A DNA stretch of 64,000 nucleotides from Candidatus Thiovulum stygium. Lineage in GTDB: Bacteria; Campylobacterota; Campylobacteria; Campylobacterales; Thiovulaceae. Made by a program: the position numbers and the translations under genes. The stretch's first letter is position 1, and the number at the start of each line of letters is the position of its first letter. This document shows positions 39,169 through 49,214 of the stretch, in pieces. The stretch covers positions 148,970-212,969 of the forward strand of contig CP091137.1 of the NCBI GenBank assembly GCA_021582295.1, in the 5' to 3' direction. The notes under the pieces are model-generated. The model worked only from the letters and a program-made list of their open reading frames with translations. It had not been told where the DNA came from and made no database searches.

Positions 39169-39429
39169 TTTATTTTTAAGTGGCATTTGATGAGGTGTCT
39201 ATCAAGTATATTTATATAATATGGTTTTAATGTTGAAATGCTAAATTTATATTTTATAGATCAAAAAATTAAAAAATCCCGACCATGAGCATCTTTGAGT
39301 ATTTTTAAATTTATAGAGTATATATTTTTATTGAATATAAAATTTTTTCAGAGCTAATTTATTGTATGTTTTAAGCTAAAAATTAATTTTGACTGCTACA
39401 ATTCTCAAAATTTAACAAAAAGGAAAGAG

Positions 39430-42261
39430 ATGGAAATATTTAAAAAGACAGTTTTAAAAAGACATAAGCAAGATGAAAATCTTCTTAAAGGTCGTTGGGA
39501 AAATCTTCAAAAATATAAATCTAAAATAGATTTTATTAGAAATATAAAAGAGGAAAAATATCAAGATGGTTTTTTAAGAGATGTTTTTGAAAATTGTCTA
39601 GGTTATGTTCTTGATACCACAAATCCAGAACATTTTAACATTCGCCGTGAAGAGAAAAATGAGACTGATAATAAAAAAGCTGATGCTGTAATTCTTGTTG
39701 ATGATAAGGTGATTGGAATAATTGAGCTAAAAGATCAAAAGACAAAAAATCTCGATTCTGTTGAAATTCAAGCATTTAATTATCATAATTCGCACTCAAA
39801 CTCTAAATACATTATTATTTCTAATTTCGATGAGGTGCGATTTTATATCGATAAAAAAACAAAATTTGAATCGTTTTCGCTTTTTAATCTTGATTTTGAG
39901 AGTTTTAAACTTTTACATCTTGTTTTAAGTTTTGAGTCTATTTCTATAAATTTACCAATAAAGCTTCTCGACGAAACGAACGAATTTGAAAAGGAGATTT
40001 CAAATCTATTTTATAAGGATTTTGCGGAACTTCGGCTTCAACTTTTTAGCGATATTTCGAATTTGAATCAAATTGAAAAACTTGAAGCTCTTGCAATTTC
40101 GCAAAAAATTCTCGATAGATTTATATTTATATTTTTTGCTGAAGATCGCTATCTTTTGAATCCTAAAATTTCAGATGAGATTTTTAAAAAATGGAAAAAT
40201 GATATTGAATTTAGATCTCTTTTTTATTTTATTAAGGTTTTATTCAATGCTGTTAATAGTGGAAATGTTCGAATGGATATTCCAGCTTATAATGGTGGAC
40301 TGTTTGCCAATGACCATAAAATCGATAATTTGGAGATTTCAGATTCGGTTCTTGAGAAAATTATTCAACTTTCAAAATATGATTTTAGCAGTGATATTGA
40401 TGTTAATATTTTAGGTCATATTTTTGAAAATAGCCTTGATGATTTAGAAAAAATTCGTGAAAATATTTTTGGTGGCGAATTTGATATTTCTCGGGCAAAA
40501 CGGAAAAAAGATGGAATTTTTTACACACCAAATTATATAACTGAATATATAGTTCGTGAAACGGTTGGAAAATTTTGCGATGAGAAAAAAGTTGAACTCG
40601 GTTTTATGAATTTTGATGAAATTAAAAGTTTGGAAACTGCTAAAAGTTATTTAAATTTTCTTGAAAGTTTGAAAATTATCGATCCTGCAGTTGGTTCTGG
40701 AGCTTTTCTTAATCAGGCTTTTAACTATTTGTTTGATGAGTATAAATCTGTTTATGAAACTATTCATAAATTTGCTATTAGTGGTCAAAATCTATTTTTA
40801 ACTCAAGATTTCGATATTACAATTATTGAAAATAATCTTTTTGGAATTGATATAAATCAGGAAGCGGTTGAAATTGCAAAACTATCATTGTGGTTGAAAA
40901 CTGCTAAACGAGGTCGCAAATTGACAAATCTAAATAGAAATATAATTTGTGCTGATTCTCTATTAAATATGCCCTTTAAATTTGGTAGTTTTGATATCGT
41001 AATTGGTAATCCGCCGTATGGCATTAACACTGAAAAAGTAAAACATAATTTTGAACTACAATCAGGTGAAAGCACAATTCTATTTATGCAATTAGCAATA
41101 AAACTATTAAAAAAAGGAGGGTTTAATGGTTTTATTATTCCAAAACCTTTTATTTTTGCCTCGACTTGGAATGAAATTCGAAATAAGCTAAAAGATGAAA
41201 TTAAAATCATTGTTGATTGTGGTGAAGTTTGGTCAGAAGTTCAACTTGAACAAATTATTTATGTAATTCAATCAAATAAAAAATTTGAAAAATATAATAA
41301 TTTTATTTTAAAAGATGGTAAATTTATATATTTAGCTGAAATTAACAAAGACCTCATCGATCAATTCGAGTTTTTTATAAATCGAGTTTCTGAAAAAGAG
41401 ATTTTTATTGCTTTAAAGATGGTTAAAAATAGCATAAATTTACTTGAAATATCTTTTGCAAACTGGGGAGATACTTTTTTCAAGTTGATTCAAGAAATTG
41501 GAGCTATCAAAGTGTTATCTGGTGCAAACATTCAAAAGTATTATTTTGACGGTATAAAGGGTTTTATTTTAGAAGATGTTAAAGTTTCTAAAAATGCTTT
41601 CATTCGAGACAATTCAGTTTTACTTCAAAGAATTATTGCTCACATTCAAAATCCAATTGATCATATCAAAATTACTGGAACTATTATAAAAGATATAACA
41701 GAATATTTCATAGTTAATACTATTCAGCAGATAACTTTAAATAAAAATTATTCAAATAGGTATATTTTGGCATTATTGCATTCTAATTTAATCAATTGGT
41801 TTGTTTATCGTTTTATTTTTGCTAAAGCTATTAGAACTTTTCAATTTTCAAATGATGTAATTAAAAGAATTCCAATTGTTGCAATTTCAGAAACTGAACA
41901 ACAACCATTTATCGAACGAGTTGATAAACTATTAGAGTTAAATAAGAATTTGCAAAAAAACAGAACTCAGTTTTTAGATGAACTGAAGCTTGAAAAAATA
42001 TCGCAAAAACTTGAAAACTTTGAAAAATTGAGTCTTGATGAGTTTATCGTCGAATTTGCAAAAGCTCATAAAATAAAATTAAGCGATAAATTAGCTGAAC
42101 GAAATTTAAAAATTGAGTGGAAATCAATCTTCGAAAATGATAAAAGTCTAATTATTAAAATTAGTTCTGAAATCAAAAAACTAGAAACTGAAATCGATAA
42201 TTTGGTTTATAAGCTTTATGATTTAAATAGTGCTGAGATTATGATTATCGAAGGACGATAA
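39430..42261 (+). CDS. Type IIG restriction-modification enzyme (fused PD-ExK endonuclease, gamma-class N6-adenine methyltransferase and specificity domain)
   Basis: N-terminal ADAVILVDD...IIELKDQK (D...ExK). Methyltransferase motif I IIDPAVGSGAFLN and motif IV VIGNPPYG. IIENNLFGIDINQEAVEIAKLSLWLK. C-terminal ...VYKLYDLNSAEIMIIEGR. Confidence 0.85.
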   Translation: MEIFKKTVLKRHKQDENLLKGRWENLQKYKSKIDFIRNIKEEKYQDGFLRDVFENCLGYVLDTTNPEHFNIRREEKNETDNKKADAVILVDDKVIGIIELKDQKTKNLDSVEIQAFNYHNSHSNSKYIIISNFDEVRFYIDKKTKFESFSLFNLDFESFKLLHLVLSFESISINLPIKLLDETNEFEKEISNLFYKDFAELRLQLFSDISNLNQIEKLEALAISQKILDRFIFIFFAEDRYLLNPKISDEIFKKWKNDIEFRSLFYFIKVLFNAVNSGNVRMDIPAYNGGLFANDHKIDNLEISDSVLEKIIQLSKYDFSSDIDVNILGHIFENSLDDLEKIRENIFGGEFDISRAKRKKDGIFYTPNYITEYIVRETVGKFCDEKKVELGFMNFDEIKSLETAKSYLNFLESLKIIDPAVGSGAFLNQAFNYLFDEYKSVYETIHKFAISGQNLFLTQDFDITIIENNLFGIDINQEAVEIAKLSLWLKTAKRGRKLTNLNRNIICADSLLNMPFKFGSFDIVIGNPPYGINTEKVKHNFELQSGESTILFMQLAIKLLKKGGFNGFIIPKPFIFASTWNEIRNKLKDEIKIIVDCGEVWSEVQLEQIIYVIQSNKKFEKYNNFILKDGKFIYLAEINKDLIDQFEFFINRVSEKEIFIALKMVKNSINLLEISFANWGDTFFKLIQEIGAIKVLSGANIQKYYFDGIKGFILEDVKVSKNAFIRDNSVLLQRIIAHIQNPIDHIKITGTIIKDITEYFIVNTIQQITLNKNYSNRYILALLHSNLINWFVYRFIFAKAIRTFQFSNDVIKRIPIVAISETEQQPFIERVDKLLELNKNLQKNRTQFLDELKLEKISQKLENFEKLSLDEFIVEFAKAHKIKLSDKLAERNLKIEWKSIFENDKSLIIKISSEIKKLETEIDNLVYKLYDLNSAEIMIIEGR

Positions 42262-42277
42262 AATAACTTCCCCATCT

Positions 42278-42342
42278 TTCCCGTGCCACGACACGGGAAT
42301 CCATTTGATATTTTTGTGGATATTCGGATCAATTACGAATAT
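42278..42342 (+). other. Two GC-rich hairpins downstream of the RM gene (possible terminator/insulator or small RNA remnant)
   Basis: ttcccgtg-ccacga-cacgggaa at 42278-42299 and atattcg-gatcaatta-cgaatat at 42320-42342. This is a locally GC-rich patch in AT-rich DNA. Confidence 0.4.
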
Positions 42343-42415
42343 GACGGAGATTCCAAAAAATAAAAGTTATATTGACTCCGCTATAATTGTAGGCTAAATT
42401 AAAATAGGAAAATAA

Positions 42416-43684
42416 ATGCAATCTTTAGAAATAAAAGGCGGACTACATTTAAAAGGTGAAGTTGAAATTTCAGGTTCAAAAAATTCAGCTCTTCCACTTA
42501 TTGCTTTAACAATATTATCTCGACAAACTGTTCAAATAGATAATATTCCAAATGTTGTCGATATCAAGACTCTTACAAAACTTCTTCAGATGTTAGGCAG
42601 TGAAGCCCATTTTAATAGTAACACTTTAACTATTAATACTAAAAATATAAATAAAACAGTAGCAACCTATGATATCGTTAAAACGATGAGAGCTTCTATT
42701 TTGGTTCTCGGACCTCTTTTGACTCGTTTCGGACATTGTGATGTTTCGTTACCAGGTGGTTGTGCCATTGGTTCAAGACCTGTTGATTTACATTTGAAAG
42801 CTCTTGAAGAGATGGGTGCAACAATAGAAATTGAAGATGGCTATATAAAAGCTCGAGCCGAAAATGGCTTAAAAGGTGCTGATATATTTTTTGAGAAAAA
42901 AACTGTTACGGGAACTGAAAATATTGTTATGGCTGCAGCTCTTGCTCAAGGCAAAACTCGACTTTTTAATTGTGCTATGGAACCCGAAGTTATTCAAACT
43001 TGCGAAGCTCTTCGAGATGCTGGAATTAAAATTTCTGGAATTGGAACTGAGACTATCGAAATCGAAGGAACAAATGGCGAACTATTAAATATCGAAAAAA
43101 TTAGAGTTATTCCTGATAGAATAGAAGCTGGAACATATTTAGTTGCTGGAGCAATTACAAATAGCGAAATTACTATTACAAATAGTGAAGCCAAACATAT
43201 AGCTTCAATTATAGAAAAATTAGAAGAAATGGGCTTTAGCTTTAAAATAGATAATGATAAAATAACAATATTTCCAGCTAGTATTATTAAGCCTGTTAAT
43301 ATTATTACTGCTGAATATCCACTTTTCCCAACAGATATGCAAGCTCAATTTGTTGCACTTGCAACTCAATCGAATGGTACAAGTATAATTGAAGAACGAC
43401 TGTTTGAAAATCGATTTATGCATGTAAATGAACTTCAAAGACTCGGTGCTGATATAAAAATTGAACATAATCGAGTTATTATTCATGGTCGCAAAGAGTT
43501 ACACGGAGCCGACATGATGGCAACCGATTTACGAGCAAGTAGTGCTTTAGTTTTAGCTGGACTTGTTGCTAAAGGTTCAAGTCGAGTTCATCGAATTTAT
43601 CATCTTGATCGAGGTTATCAAAATCTTGAATCAAAACTTGCTGGAATTGGTGCAAATATTAAAAGAATAAAAGGAATTTTATAA
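42416..43684 (+). CDS. murA: UDP-N-acetylglucosamine 1-carboxyvinyltransferase
   Basis: [17 protein letters not shown] and the active-site loop [15 protein letters not shown]. Confidence 0.95.
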   Translation: MQSLEIKGGLHLKGEVEISGSKNSALPLIALTILSRQTVQIDNIPNVVDIKTLTKLLQMLGSEAHFNSNTLTINTKNINKTVATYDIVKTMRASILVLGPLLTRFGHCDVSLPGGCAIGSRPVDLHLKALEEMGATIEIEDGYIKARAENGLKGADIFFEKKTVTGTENIVMAAALAQGKTRLFNCAMEPEVIQTCEALRDAGIKISGIGTETIEIEGTNGELLNIEKIRVIPDRIEAGTYLVAGAITNSEITITNSEAKHIASIIEKLEEMGFSFKIDNDKITIFPASIIKPVNIITAEYPLFPTDMQAQFVALATQSNGTSIIEERLFENRFMHVNELQRLGADIKIEHNRVIIHGRKELHGADMMATDLRASSALVLAGLVAKGSSRVHRIYHLDRGYQNLESKLAGIGANIKRIKGIL

Positions 43685-43687
43685 CAT

Positions 43688-44440
43688 ATGTTTTTTATAG
43701 ATGTTCAAGGAACTTTAATTACAGATCTTGATAAAACTCCTATTGCTGGAGCTATCGGATTTATTGAAAGATTAAATCGAAAAAATATTAAATATGCCAT
43801 TGTTACAAATAATACAAAAGAACCTAGTCATAAATTTATTAAATATCTCAAAAATCTAGGTTTTAGTTTTGATGAGAAAAATTATATTGATCCATTAATG
43901 GTTTTATCAACTATTTTAAAAACTCGCGAAATTAAAGCCTATGGTTTGCCAAGTTTTATTGAAACTTTGCAAGAAATGGGTTACGAAACTGATTCGAAAA
44001 ATCCTGAAGCAATTTTAATTAGTGTAAAAAAAGATTACACTTCATCGGAATTTGCTGAAATGATTGATTTTGTTCTTAATGGAACAGAAATTTTTGGAAT
44101 GCATAAAACTTCTATTTATGCCAAAGATGGAAAAAGATATCCTGGAGTTGGTGCAATTCTTGAAATGATAAGTTTTGCAACTGGCAAAAATTATAAAATA
44201 ATTGGAAAACCTAGCCCTATTTTTTACGAAAAAGCTAAAAATATCGTCGGAGCTAATAAATTCGAAGATATAACTATGGTCAGTGATGATTGGATTGGTG
44301 ATTTAATTGGTGCAGGTGATTTAGGCATGAAAAAAATTCTTGTTTTAAGTGGCAAAATTAAAAAACGAGATGAGGTCTTAAATTCAGGTTCAAATCAGCC
44401 AGATCGAATCATTAATTCTGTTCAAGAGCTTTTATTATGA
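43688..44440 (+). CDS. HAD-superfamily (IIA/NagD-like) phosphatase
   Basis: Motif I FIDVQGT and C-terminal SDDWIGDL. 250 aa. Confidence 0.7.
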   Translation: MFFIDVQGTLITDLDKTPIAGAIGFIERLNRKNIKYAIVTNNTKEPSHKFIKYLKNLGFSFDEKNYIDPLMVLSTILKTREIKAYGLPSFIETLQEMGYETDSKNPEAILISVKKDYTSSEFAEMIDFVLNGTEIFGMHKTSIYAKDGKRYPGVGAILEMISFATGKNYKIIGKPSPIFYEKAKNIVGANKFEDITMVSDDWIGDLIGAGDLGMKKILVLSGKIKKRDEVLNSGSNQPDRIINSVQELLL

Positions 44441-44637
44441 AAATTTTTATTAATGGTCAAGAGCAAGAAGTCGAAGAAAATATAACTGTTGATGAACTTA
44501 TTGAATTTCTTAAAATTCGTGAGCGAACAATGGCAACTGCTGTAAATATGAAAATTGTAAAAGAGTGGGATTGGATCGGTTATACTTTAAATGATGGCGA
44601 TAAAATCGAGTTTTTACAATTTGTTGGTGGTGGTTGA
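44437..44637 (+). CDS. thiS: ThiS/MoaD-family sulfur carrier protein
   Basis: 66 aa, beta-grasp size, C-terminal ...FVGGG. Confidence 0.8.
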   Translation: MKIFINGQEQEVEENITVDELIEFLKIRERTMATAVNMKIVKEWDWIGYTLNDGDKIEFLQFVGGG

Positions 44638-44646
44638 AAAATATAA

Positions 44647-45321
44647 ATGCAATTTATTTTTTTTAAAGATGGTGGTAAAAATTTAATCGAAATTAATGGC
44701 GAGATTTATAATCATATTTTTAAATCTCGTCGTCATAAATCTAATGAACCTATATATATTCGTTCGCAAAATAATTTTAAAAATTTATATAAATATAATA
44801 TAAAAGATATAAATAGACGAACTGCAATTTTAGAACTTGATAGTTTTGTTGAAAATTTTGCCGAACGAAAAAGAGAAATTATTCTTGGCTGGTGTAAAAC
44901 TGATTCGCAAACAGTTGAAAAAATATTACCTGTGCTTAATGAATTAGGCATAGATATATTATATTTAATAGATTGCAAATTTTCTCAAGGTGATTTTAAA
45001 ACTGATTTTGATAGATATTCGAGAATTTTAGAAAATTCTTCAATGCAATCTGGTAGATATGACTATATAATAATAAAAGAGGCAAAATCAATAAATGAGT
45101 TTTTAGAACTTTTTCCTGAAACAGTTGCAATCGATTTTTCAGATGAAAAACTATCAGAAAATATATATAAAAATAATAAAAATATTTATATGGCTATTGG
45201 TCCTGAAGGTGGTTTTCATGTTGATGAACAAAAAAATTTTAAAAAAATTTGTGGTTTGAATTCGCCTTATATTTTAAAAAGTAGCACTGCAATTATCACA
45301 GCAATTGCAAAAATTTTATAA
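44647..45321 (+). CDS. rsmE: 16S rRNA (uracil1498-N3)-methyltransferase RsmE
   Basis: GPEGGF motif near the C-terminus; size and layout match RsmE. Confidence 0.75.
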   Translation: MQFIFFKDGGKNLIEINGEIYNHIFKSRRHKSNEPIYIRSQNNFKNLYKYNIKDINRRTAILELDSFVENFAERKREIILGWCKTDSQTVEKILPVLNELGIDILYLIDCKFSQGDFKTDFDRYSRILENSSMQSGRYDYIIIKEAKSINEFLELFPETVAIDFSDEKLSENIYKNNKNIYMAIGPEGGFHVDEQKNFKKICGLNSPYILKSSTAIITAIAKIL

Positions 45322-45350
45322 AAATATTTAAAAGATCGGAAAATATATAA

Positions 45351-46616
45351 ATGGTAAAAATAGCTATTTTTGGAGTTGGAACAGTTGGTGAAGCTGTTGT
45401 GAAGATTCTCCAAGAAAATCGAGAAATTATAAAGGCACGAGCTGGAAAAGAGATTATTCCAGTTATTGGAGTTGTAAAAAATCTAAATAAAAAACGAAAT
45501 ATCGAACTTGAATTAACTGATTCATCTCGTGAAGCACTTGATCGAAATGATATTGATATCGTTGTTGAATTAATGGGTGGAATTGAAGAACCGCTAAAAA
45601 TCGTTCGTAAAGCTTTGCAATTAGGAAAACCTGTTGTTACGGCAAATAAAGCTCTTTTAGCTTATCACAGATATGAGTTACAAGATATTGCTGGTGATGT
45701 CGCTTTTGAATATGAGGCAAGTGTTGCTGGAGGAATTCCAATTATTAATGCTCTTCGAGATGGTTTAAGTGCAAATCATATTAAATCAATAAAAGGCATT
45801 TTAAATGGAACTTCAAATTATATTTTAACTAAGATGATCAAAAACGGAACTGATTTTAAAATTGCACTTGCTGAAGCTCAAGCTCTCGGTTATGCTGAAG
45901 CTGATCCAACTTTTGATATTGGTGGTTTTGATGCTGGACATAAATTATTAATTTTAAGTTCTATTGCTTATGGTATTGATGCTAAACCAGAAGATATTTT
46001 AATCGAAGGTATTGAAGGCATTAGTTCGTATGATATCGCTTTTGCTAAAGAATTTGGTTATTCGATTAAATTATTGGGAATTGCAAAAATTGTTATCGAT
46101 GAAGTTGAATTACGAGTTCATCCAGTAATGATTCGAGATAACGAAATGATTGCAAAAGTTGATGGTGTTATGAATGGAATTTCAGTAGTTGGTGATAGAG
46201 TTGGCGAAACTTTATATTATGGTGCTGGTGCTGGTGGAGATGCAACAGCTTCCGCAGTTGTCGCAAACCTCATCGACATTGTCAGACATAATAAAAAATC
46301 TCCTATGCTTGGCTTTAAACATCCTCTTGAAGTTGGCAAACTAAAATTAAAAGAGCGAGGCAAAATTGAATCAAAATATTATTTACGAATTCCAGTTATT
46401 GATAAAGCTGGTGTTCTTGCTGAAATTTCTAGAGTCTTTGGTGATCTTGATATTTCGATTGAAGCACTTTTACAAAAAAATATTAATAGCAGTTCTGCAA
46501 ATATTTTAATTGCAACTCATCAAACTCGCGAACGAAATATTTTAAGAGCAATTTCTAAAATTGAAGCTCTTCAACCCGTTTTATCTCGTCCATATATGAT
46601 GAGAATCGAAAAATAG
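45351..46616 (+). CDS. hom: Homoserine dehydrogenase
   Basis: IAIFGVGTVG NAD-binding motif, the catalytic region GILNGTSNYILT and a C-terminal ACT domain. Confidence 0.95.
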   Translation: MVKIAIFGVGTVGEAVVKILQENREIIKARAGKEIIPVIGVVKNLNKKRNIELELTDSSREALDRNDIDIVVELMGGIEEPLKIVRKALQLGKPVVTANKALLAYHRYELQDIAGDVAFEYEASVAGGIPIINALRDGLSANHIKSIKGILNGTSNYILTKMIKNGTDFKIALAEAQALGYAEADPTFDIGGFDAGHKLLILSSIAYGIDAKPEDILIEGIEGISSYDIAFAKEFGYSIKLLGIAKIVIDEVELRVHPVMIRDNEMIAKVDGVMNGISVVGDRVGETLYYGAGAGGDATASAVVANLIDIVRHNKKSPMLGFKHPLEVGKLKLKERGKIESKYYLRIPVIDKAGVLAEISRVFGDLDISIEALLQKNINSSSANILIATHQTRERNILRAISKIEALQPVLSRPYMMRIEK

Positions 46617-46627
46617 TTTTTAAATTT

Positions 46628-47731
46628 ATGAAAAAAATATTTTTATTACCAGTTATTTTTTCTGGGCAAATATTAGCAGGTAATTTTAATTATGGTGTTT
46701 TAGATAATCATGCATATTTGCCTCGTGAAGGCTTTAGAATCGATAGCAGTTATATTCGTGTTAATGAAGCTGTTGATATTTTTAATGTTCGTGATGCTGA
46801 AATTGGTTCTCTTTCACAATATGGTGAATCTCTTGGAAATTTAAGCGGTTTTCATATTGGTAGTCAATTTGGCATTTCACGAAATAATGCTCTTTTTATA
46901 AAATATGATAATTGGAAACTCGATTACGGTGGCGAAGATTTAACAAATCATCGTTTTGAAGGTTTTTATCGCAGAAGTATTTTTATGGATAAATATAGAA
47001 AAATTAGTGCTAGTTCTTTTGATTTAGGTTTTATTTATAATCAAGGTTCTGATATTGAAATAAAAAATAGAACTTTTTTGAATAGTATGATGAATAAAAT
47101 TGCTGGAAATAGCGGTTATTCAATTAGTTCCGATGGTTCGACAATTACGAATAATGAGAAAAAAGCTTCAATTACTTTATATGATAACACTGGAAATAAA
47201 ACATCTGTTTATAATCAAGTTAATAGTGTAAATATTTCAGATTTCAGTAGCAAATCTTTTTATATGCGAATTTTATTAGGTTCAAGTTTAAATAATCATT
47301 CTATAGCTAATATTTATGGTTTTTCTGGTTATACAGATATAACTACAAATATATCAATTTCGCCTGAAAGTTTATTAACTTATGTAAATGCTTATGGATT
47401 AAATATAAATATAGCTGATTTAAATCGAGATGAATTTTTTGTTGGTGGCGGAGCTTCATATATAACTGAATGGAGTAAAATTATTATGGAATTACAATAT
47501 GATTATACTCGTATTTTTAGAGATAGCGATTTAGAATATCAAAAAAGTAGTAATGAACTAAAAATGTCTTTATCAATTCCAATTAAAAATAAAGTTTTAG
47601 TTTTTATCGAAGGTGATATTATGTTTCAGCAATTTAATTCAAGTTTGCCATATTTATATAATAAATATACTCAAACTCAATTTGACAAAAAATATGGCTT
47701 TGCTAAATTTGGTTTGGCTTATAAATTTTAA
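46628..47731 (+). CDS. Outer-membrane beta-barrel protein (hypothetical)
   Basis: Signal peptide MKKIFLLPVIFSGQILA. Alternating strand pattern; C-terminal ...FGLAYKF. Confidence 0.6.
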   Translation: MKKIFLLPVIFSGQILAGNFNYGVLDNHAYLPREGFRIDSSYIRVNEAVDIFNVRDAEIGSLSQYGESLGNLSGFHIGSQFGISRNNALFIKYDNWKLDYGGEDLTNHRFEGFYRRSIFMDKYRKISASSFDLGFIYNQGSDIEIKNRTFLNSMMNKIAGNSGYSISSDGSTITNNEKKASITLYDNTGNKTSVYNQVNSVNISDFSSKSFYMRILLGSSLNNHSIANIYGFSGYTDITTNISISPESLLTYVNAYGLNINIADLNRDEFFVGGGASYITEWSKIIMELQYDYTRIFRDSDLEYQKSSNELKMSLSIPIKNKVLVFIEGDIMFQQFNSSLPYLYNKYTQTQFDKKYGFAKFGLAYKF

Positions 47732-47745
47732 AGGTTAAATATAAT

Positions 47746-48306
47746 ATGAAACATAAACTTACGATTTTTGATCGTTTTTTTCATGCTTTTCGAGAAATAG
47801 CTTTATATCATCACGATTCGCTTGAATTTCGGGCTAAAATTTATGCCGTAATGGTTGTTGCAAATAGCGATTATGGTGAAGAACGAAATAATAAAAAGCG
47901 AAACGATAATCACGATATTTGCGAATTTGACAAACTCGAAATAATTAGCGAAGAGATTTATCCAAAAGATATTCGTCGTCAAAATGCACTTTTATTAACG
48001 ATTCGTGAATATGTTAATAAAATTAGAGAACCAAATGGTTTAGGTCTTGATGAGCTAATTTTTAATATCGAGAAAAAGTTAAAACGAAAACCTAGATTTG
48101 TTGAAAAAATAAATATAGAACATCTTAAAAATTTGGCTAAATGTCCAACTGATGAAGAATCAGATATTTATCAAAAAAGAATAATCTCATTTTTAGAAAG
48201 ATTAAAAAGTAGTTATTCAAATGATAAAAATAAACAAGTGGTTGATCAGAAAAGCGAAATTCACAATGAAGATATTGATCTCGATGAGGTTGTAAAAAAT
48301 ATATAG
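47746..48306 (+). CDS. Hypothetical protein (186 aa)
   Basis: ORF track only. Confidence 0.5.
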   Translation: MKHKLTIFDRFFHAFREIALYHHDSLEFRAKIYAVMVVANSDYGEERNNKKRNDNHDICEFDKLEIISEEIYPKDIRRQNALLLTIREYVNKIREPNGLGLDELIFNIEKKLKRKPRFVEKINIEHLKNLAKCPTDEESDIYQKRIISFLERLKSSYSNDKNKQVVDQKSEIHNEDIDLDEVVKNI

Positions 48307-48360
48307 ATGTTTTTTCGCAAATATATTTTATAATTAATAATTTGCGGAAAAACTATTTAT

Positions 48361-48597
48361 CTAACACAACGAACATAATAAGTATTTATGTTATTTTTTG
48401 ATTCATAGTTTCCATTATTTAAATAAAATACAAAAGATTGAGAAATTATCTCTTTATTTATAGTTAAGCTCCATAATTTAACTTCGTTGTATTTTCCACC
48501 CTGATTATATTCAGATTTTCTTTTTTCAAAATCATTAGTTTTTTCAAATTCATCTTTTGGAAATAAAACTTCAAAATTATTATAAATATTAATTTAG
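48361..48597 (-). pseudogene. Start-less remnant of a DUF1566-like gene (related to the C-terminus of the 36526-37986 kinase fusion)
   Basis: My minus-strand translation gives ...GGKYNEVKLWSLTINKE...YYVRCVR*. The kinase fusion ends ...ILFRCVR*. There is no in-frame start codon, and a TAA lies at the upstream end of the frame. Confidence 0.45.
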
Positions 48598-49142
48598 ACA
48601 TGTTCATTTTATATCCTTTATAAATTCAATGCCAAAAACTCATTTTTTGAAATTATAGGCTAATTATAACTTTTTTAGTTTTGATGTTTTTAATTAAAAA
48701 TAACAGATAATGAGCTAACTCAAAACTCAAAATTGAAACTTTTCCATTACATAAATTCTCTATGACAAATTATTAGAACAACTAAAACAGTGATTTGTCA
48801 ACAAATTCAAAGTTAAATAAAAACACTTCCCGATCACAACTTTAGTTATTTTTAACTTTATAAAAGTATACATTATACTTTTTTTATTCATAAATCAAAC
48901 TTTTTATAGTAAAAAAAATAGTGAAGTAAAAAAATTTTACATTTTATAAATAAATTAGTTCCAAAACTCTATTGATGAAAAATAATAGACAAAACTTCAG
49001 CGATCTCGGTAACTTCAAAATTTCGGTAACCCATAAAACATTATAGAACTTCATGAAAAGAAAAGAAAAATATTTCGAGACAATCTTTTTCAAATTTGAT
49101 TTTGTCAAAAATATAAAAAATATTGAAACTTTTCACCCCCTC

Positions 49143-49172
49143 TTGACAATCTAAATTTAAATCAATTATAAT
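49143..49172 (+). promoter_or_regulatory. Near-consensus sigma-70 promoter for the Rep-like gene
   Basis: TTGACA at 49143-49148, an 18-nt spacer, and TATAAT at 49167-49172, about 43 nt upstream of the ATG at 49215. Confidence 0.6.
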
Positions 49173-49214
49173 GTTCTAAATAAAAAAATAAAAAATAAAT
49201 TTGGAGGCAACATC

